64,000 nucleotides of DNA from an uncultured Anaerolineales bacterium (GTDB taxonomy: Bacteria; Chloroflexota; Anaerolineae; Anaerolineales; RBG-16-64-43): assembly GCA_964353865.1 (NCBI GenBank), contig CAYGXJ010000004.1, forward strand, positions 10,782 through 74,781, written 5' to 3'. The notes beneath the pieces were generated by a model. It had not been told where the DNA came from, made no database searches, and worked only from the letters and a program-made list of their open reading frames with translations. Positions 56,737 to 64,000 of the stretch are shown here, one piece after another (position 1 is the first letter of the stretch; each line of letters starts with the position of its first letter). Made by a program: the position numbers and the translations under genes.

Positions 56737-58518
56737 CTAAACCGTTTCCATCACGATGCACTCCAGAACGTCGCCCGCCTGGAAGCCTTCGAATCCCTTA
56801 ACGGCCACGCCGCACTCGAAGCCCTGACGGATTTCGCGAACGTCTTCCTTCTCGTGGCGTAGGGAGGCGATCTCGCCCTCGAACAACTTCTGGCTGCCGC
56901 GCATCACGCGAATCCGCGCATTGCGGCGCAGTTCCCCCTCGCGGACGGCGCAGCCCGCGACTTTCCCCATGCGCGAAGTGGAGAAGATGGCGCGCACATC
57001 GGCCCGCCCGATCACCACTTCCCGCTTTTCCGGCGCCAGCAGGCCTTTGAGCGCTTTCTCCACGTCCTCCATCAACCGGTAGATGATGTCGTACTGACGG
57101 ATCGAGATATGTTCGCTTTCGGCGGCACGCTGGGCGGCGTGATCCACCTGAACGTTGAACCCGATGACGATCGCGCTCGAGGCCGAGGCCAGCATGATGT
57201 CGTTCTCGGTGATATTGCCGGTTTCGGCGTAGAGCAGGTTCACTTTGAGGTCTGCATTGCCGAGTTGGGTGAGCGAGGAGACGATCGGCTCGAGCGATCC
57301 CTGCACGTCGGCCTTGAGAATCAGGTTGAGTTCCTTGACCTCGCCGGCTTGGAAGCGGGCGAATACCTGTTCCAAGCTCAACGCCTTCTTGGGCTGGGTC
57401 TGCGCTTCGCGCGCGGAGAGCTTGCGCTGTGAGACCAGCGTGCGCGCTTCGCGGTCGCTGGGCAGCACTTCGATCACATCGCCGGCCTGCGGCAAATCGC
57501 CCAGGCCGAGCACGGTGGCGGGCATGGAGGGTGTGGCCGCCTGAATGGGTTGGCCGCGGAAGTCGAACATCGCGCGGATCTTGCCGTGCGCCGTCCCGGC
57601 AACGAGAACGTCGCCCACATGCACCGTGCCGTTCTGAACCAGCAGGGTGGAGATCGGCCCCTTGGCGCGGTCGAGTTCTGCCTCGATGACGCTGCCGATG
57701 ACCCGCCCGGCCGGGTTGGCCAGGATGCGCGTGTTGTCGGCGGTGAGCACGATGGCTTCCAGCAGGTCGTCGATACCACTGCGCTTCTTGGCGGAGACCG
57801 GCACGACCATGGTGTCGCCGCCCCAATCGTCCGGCGTCAAGCCGAGTTCCGCCAATTGCTGTTTCACCCGATCGGGGTTGGCGTTCGACTTGTCGACCTT
57901 GTTGAGGGCGACCACGATCGGCACGCCCGCCGCCTTGGCGTGCGCATAGGCCTCGCGCGTTTGAGGCATCACGCCGTCATCGGCGGCCACCACCAGAATG
58001 ACGATGTCGGTCACCTGCGCTCCGCGGGCGCGCATGGCGGTGAAGGCGGCGTGGCCGGGCGTGTCGAGGAATGTGATCAGGCGCTCCTTGTGCTGCACTT
58101 GGTAAGCGCCGATGTGCTGGGTAATGCCGCCCGCCTCGCCACCGGCTACGTCGGTGCTGCGAATCGCATCCAGCAGGGAGGTCTTGCCGTGGTCGACGTG
58201 CCCGAGAATCGTCACCACCGGCGGCCGTGGGGTGAACTGGCTCGCATCCTCCGCTTCCATGGCGCGGCGCCAGGCCGGCGCCTCAGCCTCGGCGGCCGGT
58301 GCCTCCACCTCTTCCTTGTGCAGGCGCGCTTCAAAACCCAATTCCTGGGTAATGACCGCCGCCGTATCGAAATCGATTTGCTGGTTGATGTTCGCCATCA
58401 CGCCATTGGCCATGAGCTGCTTGATCACTTCGATCGGGCTGACGTGAATCAGCTCGGCCAAATGGCGAACGGTGAGCGTTTCCGGGAGTTCCACCACTTT
58501 GTGTCCGTTGTCGCTCAT
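56737..58518 (-). CDS. infB: translation initiation factor IF-2
   Basis: G-domain [18 protein letters not shown]. 593 aa (short N-terminal region). Confidence 0.95.
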   Translation of the reverse strand: MSDNGHKVVELPETLTVRHLAELIHVSPIEVIKQLMANGVMANINQQIDFDTAAVITQELGFEARLHKEEVEAPAAEAEAPAWRRAMEAEDASQFTPRPPVVTILGHVDHGKTSLLDAIRSTDVAGGEAGGITQHIGAYQVQHKERLITFLDTPGHAAFTAMRARGAQVTDIVILVVAADDGVMPQTREAYAHAKAAGVPIVVALNKVDKSNANPDRVKQQLAELGLTPDDWGGDTMVVPVSAKKRSGIDDLLEAIVLTADNTRILANPAGRVIGSVIEAELDRAKGPISTLLVQNGTVHVGDVLVAGTAHGKIRAMFDFRGQPIQAATPSMPATVLGLGDLPQAGDVIEVLPSDREARTLVSQRKLSAREAQTQPKKALSLEQVFARFQAGEVKELNLILKADVQGSLEPIVSSLTQLGNADLKVNLLYAETGNITENDIMLASASSAIVIGFNVQVDHAAQRAAESEHISIRQYDIIYRLMEDVEKALKGLLAPEKREVVIGRADVRAIFSTSRMGKVAGCAVREGELRRNARIRVMRGSQKLFEGEIASLRHEKEDVREIRQGFECGVAVKGFEGFQAGDVLECIVMETV

Positions 58519-58705
58519 CCCATTCCTCCTCTTGGGACCGCGTCCGTCCGGCGTCCGCGAGGACCGGGGGGAGCTCCCGCGCCTGAGGCGTCCTGGTTTA
58601 TGGCATAACCCGGCTCGCTTTCGGTGCGCCCTGAACCGCGCACGGGTGTGGCGGGCAGGGCAGCCTGGGTTGCGCTGGGGACGGTCTCATGGTCATCGCA
58701 GGCGC

Positions 58706-59023
58706 TCACGTGCCGCGCGCGGTGTCACTTTCTTCCACGGGAAGAGAAGCCAGGATCGCCCGCATGCGTTCACGGTCGTCCGCGGCCAATTCCGTTCGCA
58801 AGGCCGGTGCAAGCGCGCCAGCAAGTGCGCGCTCCCAGCACGAGCGCCGGTCATGAAGATACGCGCCCCGGCCGGGCGCCTTGCCCGTCGGGTCAAGCTG
58901 AAGCCCATCCGGCGATCGCACCACGCGCATCAGAGTCCGCTTGGGCAGCACTTCGCGGCAGCCGATGCAAGTCCGCTGGGCGACGTGTTTGGTGCGAGGC
59001 GCGCCTTTGGGCCGCAGGCTCAT
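58706..59023 (-). CDS. ylxR: YlxR/RnpM-family (DUF448) RNA-binding protein
   Basis: RTCIGCR...GRGAY motifs. Sits in the canonical position between nusA and infB. Confidence 0.8.
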   Translation of the reverse strand: MSLRPKGAPRTKHVAQRTCIGCREVLPKRTLMRVVRSPDGLQLDPTGKAPGRGAYLHDRRSCWERALAGALAPALRTELAADDRERMRAILASLPVEESDTARGT

Positions 59024-59053
59024 GGTGTCCGCCGGGCGGCACTCGCCGCCGGC

Positions 59054-60898
59054 CTATTCCTCCGGAGGATCCCATTCGCGCAGGCGGCTGGCCTTGCGCG
59101 TGCGATGGGCCACGGTCACCCCCAGGTCCGGGTCTAAGACAAGGGTGACTTGCTTCTTCTTCTTGCCTTTCTTCTTCTTGCCCGTGCCGCCCTCTTCTTC
59201 CTCGGCTTCCTCTTCAACGGCCTCGCCGGTAGGCAGGGTGCCGGGCAGGGCGGGGGCCTCTCCGGCCTCCGTCGTCTCAGCCACACCCTCGGCGGGTGCA
59301 CCCTCCGCTCCTGCCGCGGGTACCGCCTCCAGCGCACCTTCTGCAACAGCCGGAGCCTCCGCTGCAACCTCGATCGCGACGGGTTCGGGCTCAACCACCT
59401 TCGCCGAAAGGAGCGCAGTCTGCAGCCGCGAGCGCAGATCCTCCAGACTGCGGGCGCCGACTTCAGGCAGCGCCAATATCGAATCCGGGTCCAGCGTCAG
59501 TTGCTCGAAGGCCTGAGCGATGTTGGTCAGGCCGGCCGCGGTCAGCGCGGCAGCTAACGGTTCGTCGAGGCCAATCTGGCTGAGGGGGATCTCGTACGCC
59601 GGCTGCGGGATGTTCTTGCGGATCTCGGCCAGTCGCCGCGCCTGTGCCTTGCGCCGGCTTTCGCGCTGCTGCGAGAGGGCCGACTCCACCAGGCTGACCA
59701 GCTGCTCCATGGCCTGGTAGTCCTCAGGCGGCAGCGGGCGGCCTTCGGCCTTCTTGGCCAAGGCCTCGCTCACCGGCTTCACCAGCTCAGCGTGCTGCTC
59801 GGCCAGTTCGGCCAGCCCGGGATCGCTGGTCAGTTTGGCCAGCGCGTCGGAGGTGGCTTCCGGGATGCTCTTGATATCGATCCGCCATCCGGTGAGCTTG
59901 GCCCCCAGCCGCGCGTTTACGCCCTCGCGGCCGATGGCCAGGCTCAGTTGGTCTTCGGAAACGACGACCAGGGCGGTCTTGCCGCGCTGCGGGTCGTCAT
60001 CCAAGTACACGCCGGCCACGCGCGCCGGGCTGAGGGCCTTGGCAATGAAGGCCGCCGGGTCCGGGTTCCACTCGATGACGTCGATCTTCTCATCGTGCAG
60101 CTCGCGCACGATGGCCTGGATTCGCCCGCCGCGCATGCCCACGCATGCACCCACCGGGTCGAGGTTGGCTTGCAGCGCGGTCACTGCCACCTTCGAGCGG
60201 ATGCCCGGTTCGCGCGCGATGCCCTTGATCTCCACCATGCCCTGGTAGATCTCGGGCACCTCCGCTTCCAGCAGGCGCCGCAACATGCTGCGATCGGCGC
60301 GCGAGAGCGTGATCTGCGGCCCGCGCGGCGTGCGCGAGACGTCCAGGAGGTAGGCGCGGATGCGATCGCGCGGTCGATAACGTTCGGTGGGTAGTTGCTC
60401 GCGCTTGGGGAGCACCGCTTCGGCGCGGCCCAGGGTGACGGTCACCGCCTGCGCGCCCACCGCTTGTATCGTCCCGTGGACGATCTCGCCCTTGCGCGCC
60501 GACCACTCGTCGAACTGCTTGTCGCGCTCGGCGTCGCGCAGCCGTTGATGGACGATCTGCTTCGCAGTCTGCGTGGCGATGCGCCCGAAGTCCTTGGGCG
60601 TGCTCTCCACCAGGATCAGTCCGCCCAGCTCGGCCTGTGGGTCCACCAGCTGCGCATCGGTCAGGGTGACCTCGGTGCGCTCATCCTGAACGTCTTCGAC
60701 GATTTCCTTCTCGGCGAAGATCTGGATCGTGCCCTTGGCCAGGTCGACCTTGGCTTCCACTTGTTGTGCGTTGGAGGCATTGACCGAGCGACGATAGGCG
60801 TTGACCAGCGCCGTTTCCAGCACTGAAAGCACCACCTCGCGCGGCAGGCCGTAATGCTCCAGCACCTCGTTGAAGGCCAAGATGAACTCGCTCTTCAT
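59054..60898 (-). CDS. nusA: transcription termination/antitermination factor NusA with long C-terminal extension
   Basis: N-terminal domain, S1 (GEIVHGTIQ), KH1/KH2 ([23 protein letters not shown]), HhH region. Then an Ala/Glu/Pro-rich segment, an EEEAEEEE run and [12 protein letters not shown] 60898 follows GAAGGA. Confidence 0.9.
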   Translation of the reverse strand: MKSEFILAFNEVLEHYGLPREVVLSVLETALVNAYRRSVNASNAQQVEAKVDLAKGTIQIFAEKEIVEDVQDERTEVTLTDAQLVDPQAELGGLILVESTPKDFGRIATQTAKQIVHQRLRDAERDKQFDEWSARKGEIVHGTIQAVGAQAVTVTLGRAEAVLPKREQLPTERYRPRDRIRAYLLDVSRTPRGPQITLSRADRSMLRRLLEAEVPEIYQGMVEIKGIAREPGIRSKVAVTALQANLDPVGACVGMRGGRIQAIVRELHDEKIDVIEWNPDPAAFIAKALSPARVAGVYLDDDPQRGKTALVVVSEDQLSLAIGREGVNARLGAKLTGWRIDIKSIPEATSDALAKLTSDPGLAELAEQHAELVKPVSEALAKKAEGRPLPPEDYQAMEQLVSLVESALSQQRESRRKAQARRLAEIRKNIPQPAYEIPLSQIGLDEPLAAALTAAGLTNIAQAFEQLTLDPDSILALPEVGARSLEDLRSRLQTALLSAKVVEPEPVAIEVAAEAPAVAEGALEAVPAAGAEGAPAEGVAETTEAGEAPALPGTLPTGEAVEEEAEEEEGGTGKKKKGKKKKQVTLVLDPDLGVTVAHRTRKASRLREWDPPEE

Positions 60899-60942
60899 TG
60901 TTCCTTCTATCTCCGTCCAGCGGCGAATGGCCGCCTGATACG

Positions 60943-60971
60943 CAGAAAAGTGGGGGACACCCACTTTTCTG
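60943..60971 (-). promoter_or_regulatory. perfect 12-bp stem / 5-nt loop hairpin in the nusA leader
   Basis: cagaaaagtggg-ggaca-cccacttttctg (plus-strand reading), lying between the putative promoter and the nusA start. Confidence 0.55.
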
Positions 60972-61006
60972 AACCCAACGACCTCAACCGAGAAAAGCCT
61001 ATTGAG

Positions 61007-61035
61007 ATTCTAGCACATTCGTCGCCCGCCAGCAA
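61007..61035 (-). promoter_or_regulatory. promoter-like TTGCTG-17nt-(TGc)TAGAAT (minus strand) for the nusA operon
   Basis: Extended -10 TGCTAGAAT read on the minus strand, about 105 nt upstream of the nusA ATG. Confidence 0.45.
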
Positions 61036-61037
61036 GA

Positions 61038-61069
61038 CCCTGTTTGCCGTTGTGCCCTGTTTGCCGTTG
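61038..61069. repeat. 15-bp perfect direct repeat x2 (period 17 bp)
   Basis: ccctgtttgccgttg at 61038-61052 and again at 61055-61069, immediately upstream of the putative nusA -35. Confidence 0.8.
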
Positions 61070-61132
61070 CCCACTGGCGACGGCCAGCCGCCCCGTCCCC
61101 GGCACGCGCCTGGTGCCGCTGCTTGGCCTGCC

Positions 61133-61468
61133 TCAGGCCGTCGGCGTAAGAAAGGTCTCAAAAACCTCACGCAGCATCGCCTCCGGCAGGGCCCCCATCT
61201 GGCGATTCACCGGCTCACCCTGGCGGAAGAAGATCAGCGTCGGGATGCCGCGGACATCATATCGTTCTGCTAGGCTCGGGTTGTCATCGGTGTTGACTTT
61301 GGCCACCAACAGCCGGCCGTCGAATTCCTCGGCCAGCTTCTCAAGGGCCGGGGCGATCATCCGGCACGGCCCGCACCACGGGGCCCAGAAATCCACCACG
61401 ACCGGCATCGGCGCGCGCAGTACCTGAGTCTCGAAATCGGTTTCGCTTACGTGAATTGGCTGCGGCAT
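61133..61468 (-). CDS. trxA: thioredoxin
   Basis: WAPWCGPC active site. 111 aa from ATG 61468, preceded by AGGAG. Confidence 0.9.
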   Translation of the reverse strand: MPQPIHVSETDFETQVLRAPMPVVVDFWAPWCGPCRMIAPALEKLAEEFDGRLLVAKVNTDDNPSLAERYDVRGIPTLIFFRQGEPVNRQMGALPEAMLREVFETFLTPTA

Positions 61469-61851
61469 GTGTACTCCTGCGGCTCCCTGTGGTCGTGATG
61501 CGTGATCCTTGGCCAAGCGGATCCCGCCCGAATGTGCGAGAGTGGTCACATTGTGCTGCCGTTTTGGGTCTCTTACATGGGATATCGGTCACGTCTCCCG
61601 CAGTCCATTCGTCCTTGCCGGACCCTGCGCCTTGCATGCACACCCATGTGCCCTCGCGCGAGAGGCCTTCGGATGTCCGGCGAGATCGTCCGCTCATCGC
61701 CGCGGGTGTTGCCCGCCGGTCACGCCTTGCGGCTGCGTCCGACGCGAAGCATGGGGCGAGGGTCGAGAGGCTTGGGGCAGACAATGCGCTCGCCGCCACG
61801 TCCGCACCCACGGCTCGAATCGCTCTACGCGGCGAGGCGCGATGGGCATTG

Positions 61852-61857
61852 TATAAT
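61852..61857 (+). promoter_or_regulatory. -10 box TATAAT upstream of scpA
   Basis: ttGTATAATCGGg, 25 nt before ATG 61883, with a GAGG SD in between. Confidence 0.45.
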
Positions 61858-61882
61858 CGGGTGAGTTCAACTGAGGCGGTCG

Positions 61883-62656
61883 ATGCCCGAGACAGTCCTG
61901 AGCCATTCGAGTTACACCGTCCAGCTGCCCGTTTTTGAGGGGCCGCTCGATTTGCTGCTGCACCTCATCGAGCGGGCCGAGCTGGATATCACGCGTGTCG
62001 CATTGGCCCAAGTCACCGACCAGTTCTTGAACTATCTGGCAACGATGCAGGAGCGCCACTTGGAAGAAGTGGTCGGCTTTCTGGTCATCGCCGCCCGCCT
62101 GTTGCAGATCAAGAGCGAGGCCTTGCTTCCGCGGCCGCCGCAACGTGAGGAGGGGGAAGAGGATCCGGGCGAAGAGCTCGCCCGCCTGTTGCGCCTCTAC
62201 CGCGCTTTCAAGCGCTCGGCTGAGTTTCTTCATTACCGCGAAACGTTGGGGCTGCGCAGCTACGTCCGCCTGGCGCCGCCCCCGCGCGTGCCGCCGCGCT
62301 TCGACCTGAGCAGGGTGACCCTGGCCGACCTGACTCGGGCCGCGGCCACGGTGCTCTCCCGCTCGCCCGAGCTGCCGCCCCTTGACCTGATGGTTAGCGC
62401 GCCCAAGGTGACCATTCGCGAACAGATCCGCCGTATCGCCGATGCCATTCGCGCCGACGGGAAAGCCGCCTTCCACCGGGTCATCCGTGGCTTCCAAACC
62501 AAGATGGAAGTGGTGGTGGCATTTCTGGCGATGCTGGAACTGGTCAAACGGCGCCAGGTCGTGGCCCGTCAATTCGAACTGTTCGGCGAGATCGAATTGG
62601 TCCCGACCGACATCTGGAACGATGAGGCGGATTTTGAACTTGAGTTCGGCGAGTAG
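61883..62656 (+). CDS. scpA: segregation and condensation protein A
   Basis: FEGPLDLLLHLI N-terminal kleisin motif. 257 aa. Confidence 0.85.
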   Translation: MPETVLSHSSYTVQLPVFEGPLDLLLHLIERAELDITRVALAQVTDQFLNYLATMQERHLEEVVGFLVIAARLLQIKSEALLPRPPQREEGEEDPGEELARLLRLYRAFKRSAEFLHYRETLGLRSYVRLAPPPRVPPRFDLSRVTLADLTRAAATVLSRSPELPPLDLMVSAPKVTIREQIRRIADAIRADGKAAFHRVIRGFQTKMEVVVAFLAMLELVKRRQVVARQFELFGEIELVPTDIWNDEADFELEFGE

Positions 62657-62743
62657 CATTCTGGCCTGCAGTGGGCCCGAGCGCCTCGAGCCTCAAGCGC
62701 AATCCGCCGGCAACGAGATCATGCTCTTTCTCCGCGAATCCTG

Positions 62744-64000
62744 ATGGCCATCCACCTGTTGCCGCCTGAGCTGACCGCGAAGATCGCCGCGGGCGAGGTT
62801 GTCGAGCGGCCGGCCTCGGTCGTCAAGGAATTGCTCGAAAACGCGCTGGATGCCGGTGCGCGGAGTGTTGCCGTCGAGGTTGAGGCCGCCGGCACTCGGC
62901 GTATTCGCGTCACCGACGACGGTCGCGGAATCCCCTCGGCCGAAATCGCCCTGGCCCTCGAGCGACACGCCACGAGCAAACTGGCGCAGGCCGAAGACCT
63001 CGAACACCTCACCACCCTCGGCTTTCGCGGCGAAGCGCTGGCCTCGATTGCCTCTGTCGCGCGCGTGACGCTGGCGAGCCGCAGCGCGGATGAGGCGCGG
63101 GGCGCGCAGGTGCATGTTGAGGGGGGCAGGGCTGGGGCAGTTCAACCTGTCGGTGCGCCGCCTGGTACCACGGTGACGGTGGAAGATCTGTTTTTCGCCG
63201 TTCCCGCGCGGCTGAAGTTCCTCAAGTCCGAACTGACGGAGCGACGCCAAATCGAACTGGTGGTCTCGCGCTACGCGCTGGCTTACCCCCAGGTGCGATT
63301 CGCGCTGGATGTCGGCGGGCGGCCGGCGCTGCGCTCGAGCGGCAGCGGCGACAGGCGCGAGGCCCTGGCCAGCGTGTTCGGGCTGGACGAAGCGCGGCAG
63401 ATGCTCGAGCTTCAGCCGCCGCCCGTGGCGGGCGAGATCACCGTCGGCGGATTCGCCAGCCCGCCCAGTGTGACTCGCTCCAACCGCAAGGAGATCATCC
63501 TCTTCGTCAATGGCCGCTGGATTCAGGATGCGGCGCTGACTGCGGCCGTCGTCCAGGCCTACCACACCCTGCTGATGGCCGGCCGCTACCCGATGGCGGC
63601 GGTCTTCATCACGCTGCCCACACAGGAAGTGGACGTCAACGTTCACCCGGCCAAGAGCGAGGTCCGCTTCCGTTCCGCGGAACGTGTCTTCTCGGCAGTG
63701 CAGCGCACGCTGCGCAGCACGCTCATGCACTCAGGCGCGGGCGTCGCCGCGGCCGCCTCCGATTGGCGCGGGGCGGGGTGGGTGGCGCAGGTTGAGCCAT
63801 CCGCGGCGATCGCCTGGCCAGGTCGAGCCTCGCCTCAGGCAGCACCCGCAACCGACTCCGGAGCGCCGCCCGGGCTGCCCTCGCTTCCCGCCAGCGCGCT
63901 GCTGCCGCATGTCCACCTGCCGCTTCTGCGCGTGATCGGCCAGGTGGGCACGACCTACATCGTGGCCGAAGGGCCCGACGGCCTGTACCTGATCGATCAG
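62744..64000 (+). CDS. mutL: DNA mismatch repair protein MutL (3'-truncated by the window edge)
   Basis: Hand translation from ATG 62744: MAIHLLPPELTAKIAAGEVVERPASVVKELLENALDAG...DDGRGI. The frame is still open at 64000 (...LYLIDQ). It is absent from the ORF track because no stop lies in the window. Confidence 0.9.
   Translation, partial: MAIHLLPPELTAKIAAGEVVERPASVVKELLENALDAGARSVAVEVEAAGTRRIRVTDDGRGIPSAEIALALERHATSKLAQAEDLEHLTTLGFRGEALASIASVARVTLASRSADEARGAQVHVEGGRAGAVQPVGAPPGTTVTVEDLFFAVPARLKFLKSELTERRQIELVVSRYALAYPQVRFALDVGGRPALRSSGSGDRREALASVFGLDEARQMLELQPPPVAGEITVGGFASPPSVTRSNRKEIILFVNGRWIQDAALTAAVVQAYHTLLMAGRYPMAAVFITLPTQEVDVNVHPAKSEVRFRSAERVFSAVQRTLRSTLMHSGAGVAAAASDWRGAGWVAQVEPSAAIAWPGRASPQAAPATDSGAPPGLPSLPASALLPHVHLPLLRVIGQVGTTYIVAEGPDGLYLIDQ

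Noticed and set aside
61469-61882. Possible SRP RNA, tmRNA, RNase P RNA or 6S RNA in the long trxA-scpA spacer.
   Set aside because: I could not find the conserved cores I know on either strand (the SRP GGAAGCAGCC-type motif, a tmRNA tag ORF and CCA-end acceptor, the RNase P P4 region). It is kept only as an unexplained region and not called as an ncRNA.

Overview
GC-rich bacterial chromosomal window, densely coded on both strands. I call 55 protein genes, one frameshifted radC-like gene and one tRNA-Thr(CGU). I saw no rRNA, CRISPR array, transposase or integrase. Most of it is housekeeping: cmk-plsC, folC-lon, udk, rseP, citrate synthase and malate dehydrogenase, dinG, pth-mfd, hemW, acpP, a tandem thyX, the nusA-ylxR-infB-rbfA-nrnA-truB-ribF operon, trxA, scpA and a 3'-truncated mutL. 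Mevalonate/isoprenoid genes sit in three separate loci: isopentenyl-phosphate kinase plus an MVD-like decarboxylase, mevalonate kinase, and type-2 IDI plus a polyprenyl synthase. This combination suggests the alternative mevalonate route reported in Chloroflexi. The lineage guess (Chloroflexota-like) is inference only. The most system-like candidate is a ten-gene operon on the minus strand (43709 down to 35300), tightly spaced and often 4-nt overlapped. It runs PQQ-propeller Ser/Thr kinase, PP2C, cytoplasmic vWA, zinc-ribbon FHA, an unrecognisable 80-aa protein, OmpR-type regulator, Ras-like GTPase, DPPR-synthase-like UbiA prenyltransferase, mevalonate kinase and a VTT/DedA membrane protein. 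Other oddities: (a) a radC whose conserved N-terminus is in a different frame and whose ORF runs without a stop into an M23-peptidase/GH-like protein; (b) an RNase HI fused to a catalytically dead copy of itself; (c) a receiver/CpaE-like ATPase, sirtuin and GAF-kinase operon with direct repeats in its divergent promoter; (d) an OSBS/NAAAR-like enolase-superfamily protein with Gln where the second catalytic Lys is expected; (e) three apparent leaderless genes; (f) a strong hairpin plus direct repeats upstream of nusA. All calls rest on reading the translated ORFs and the DNA by eye. No searches were run. Many long antisense ORFs are treated as GC-driven artefacts.
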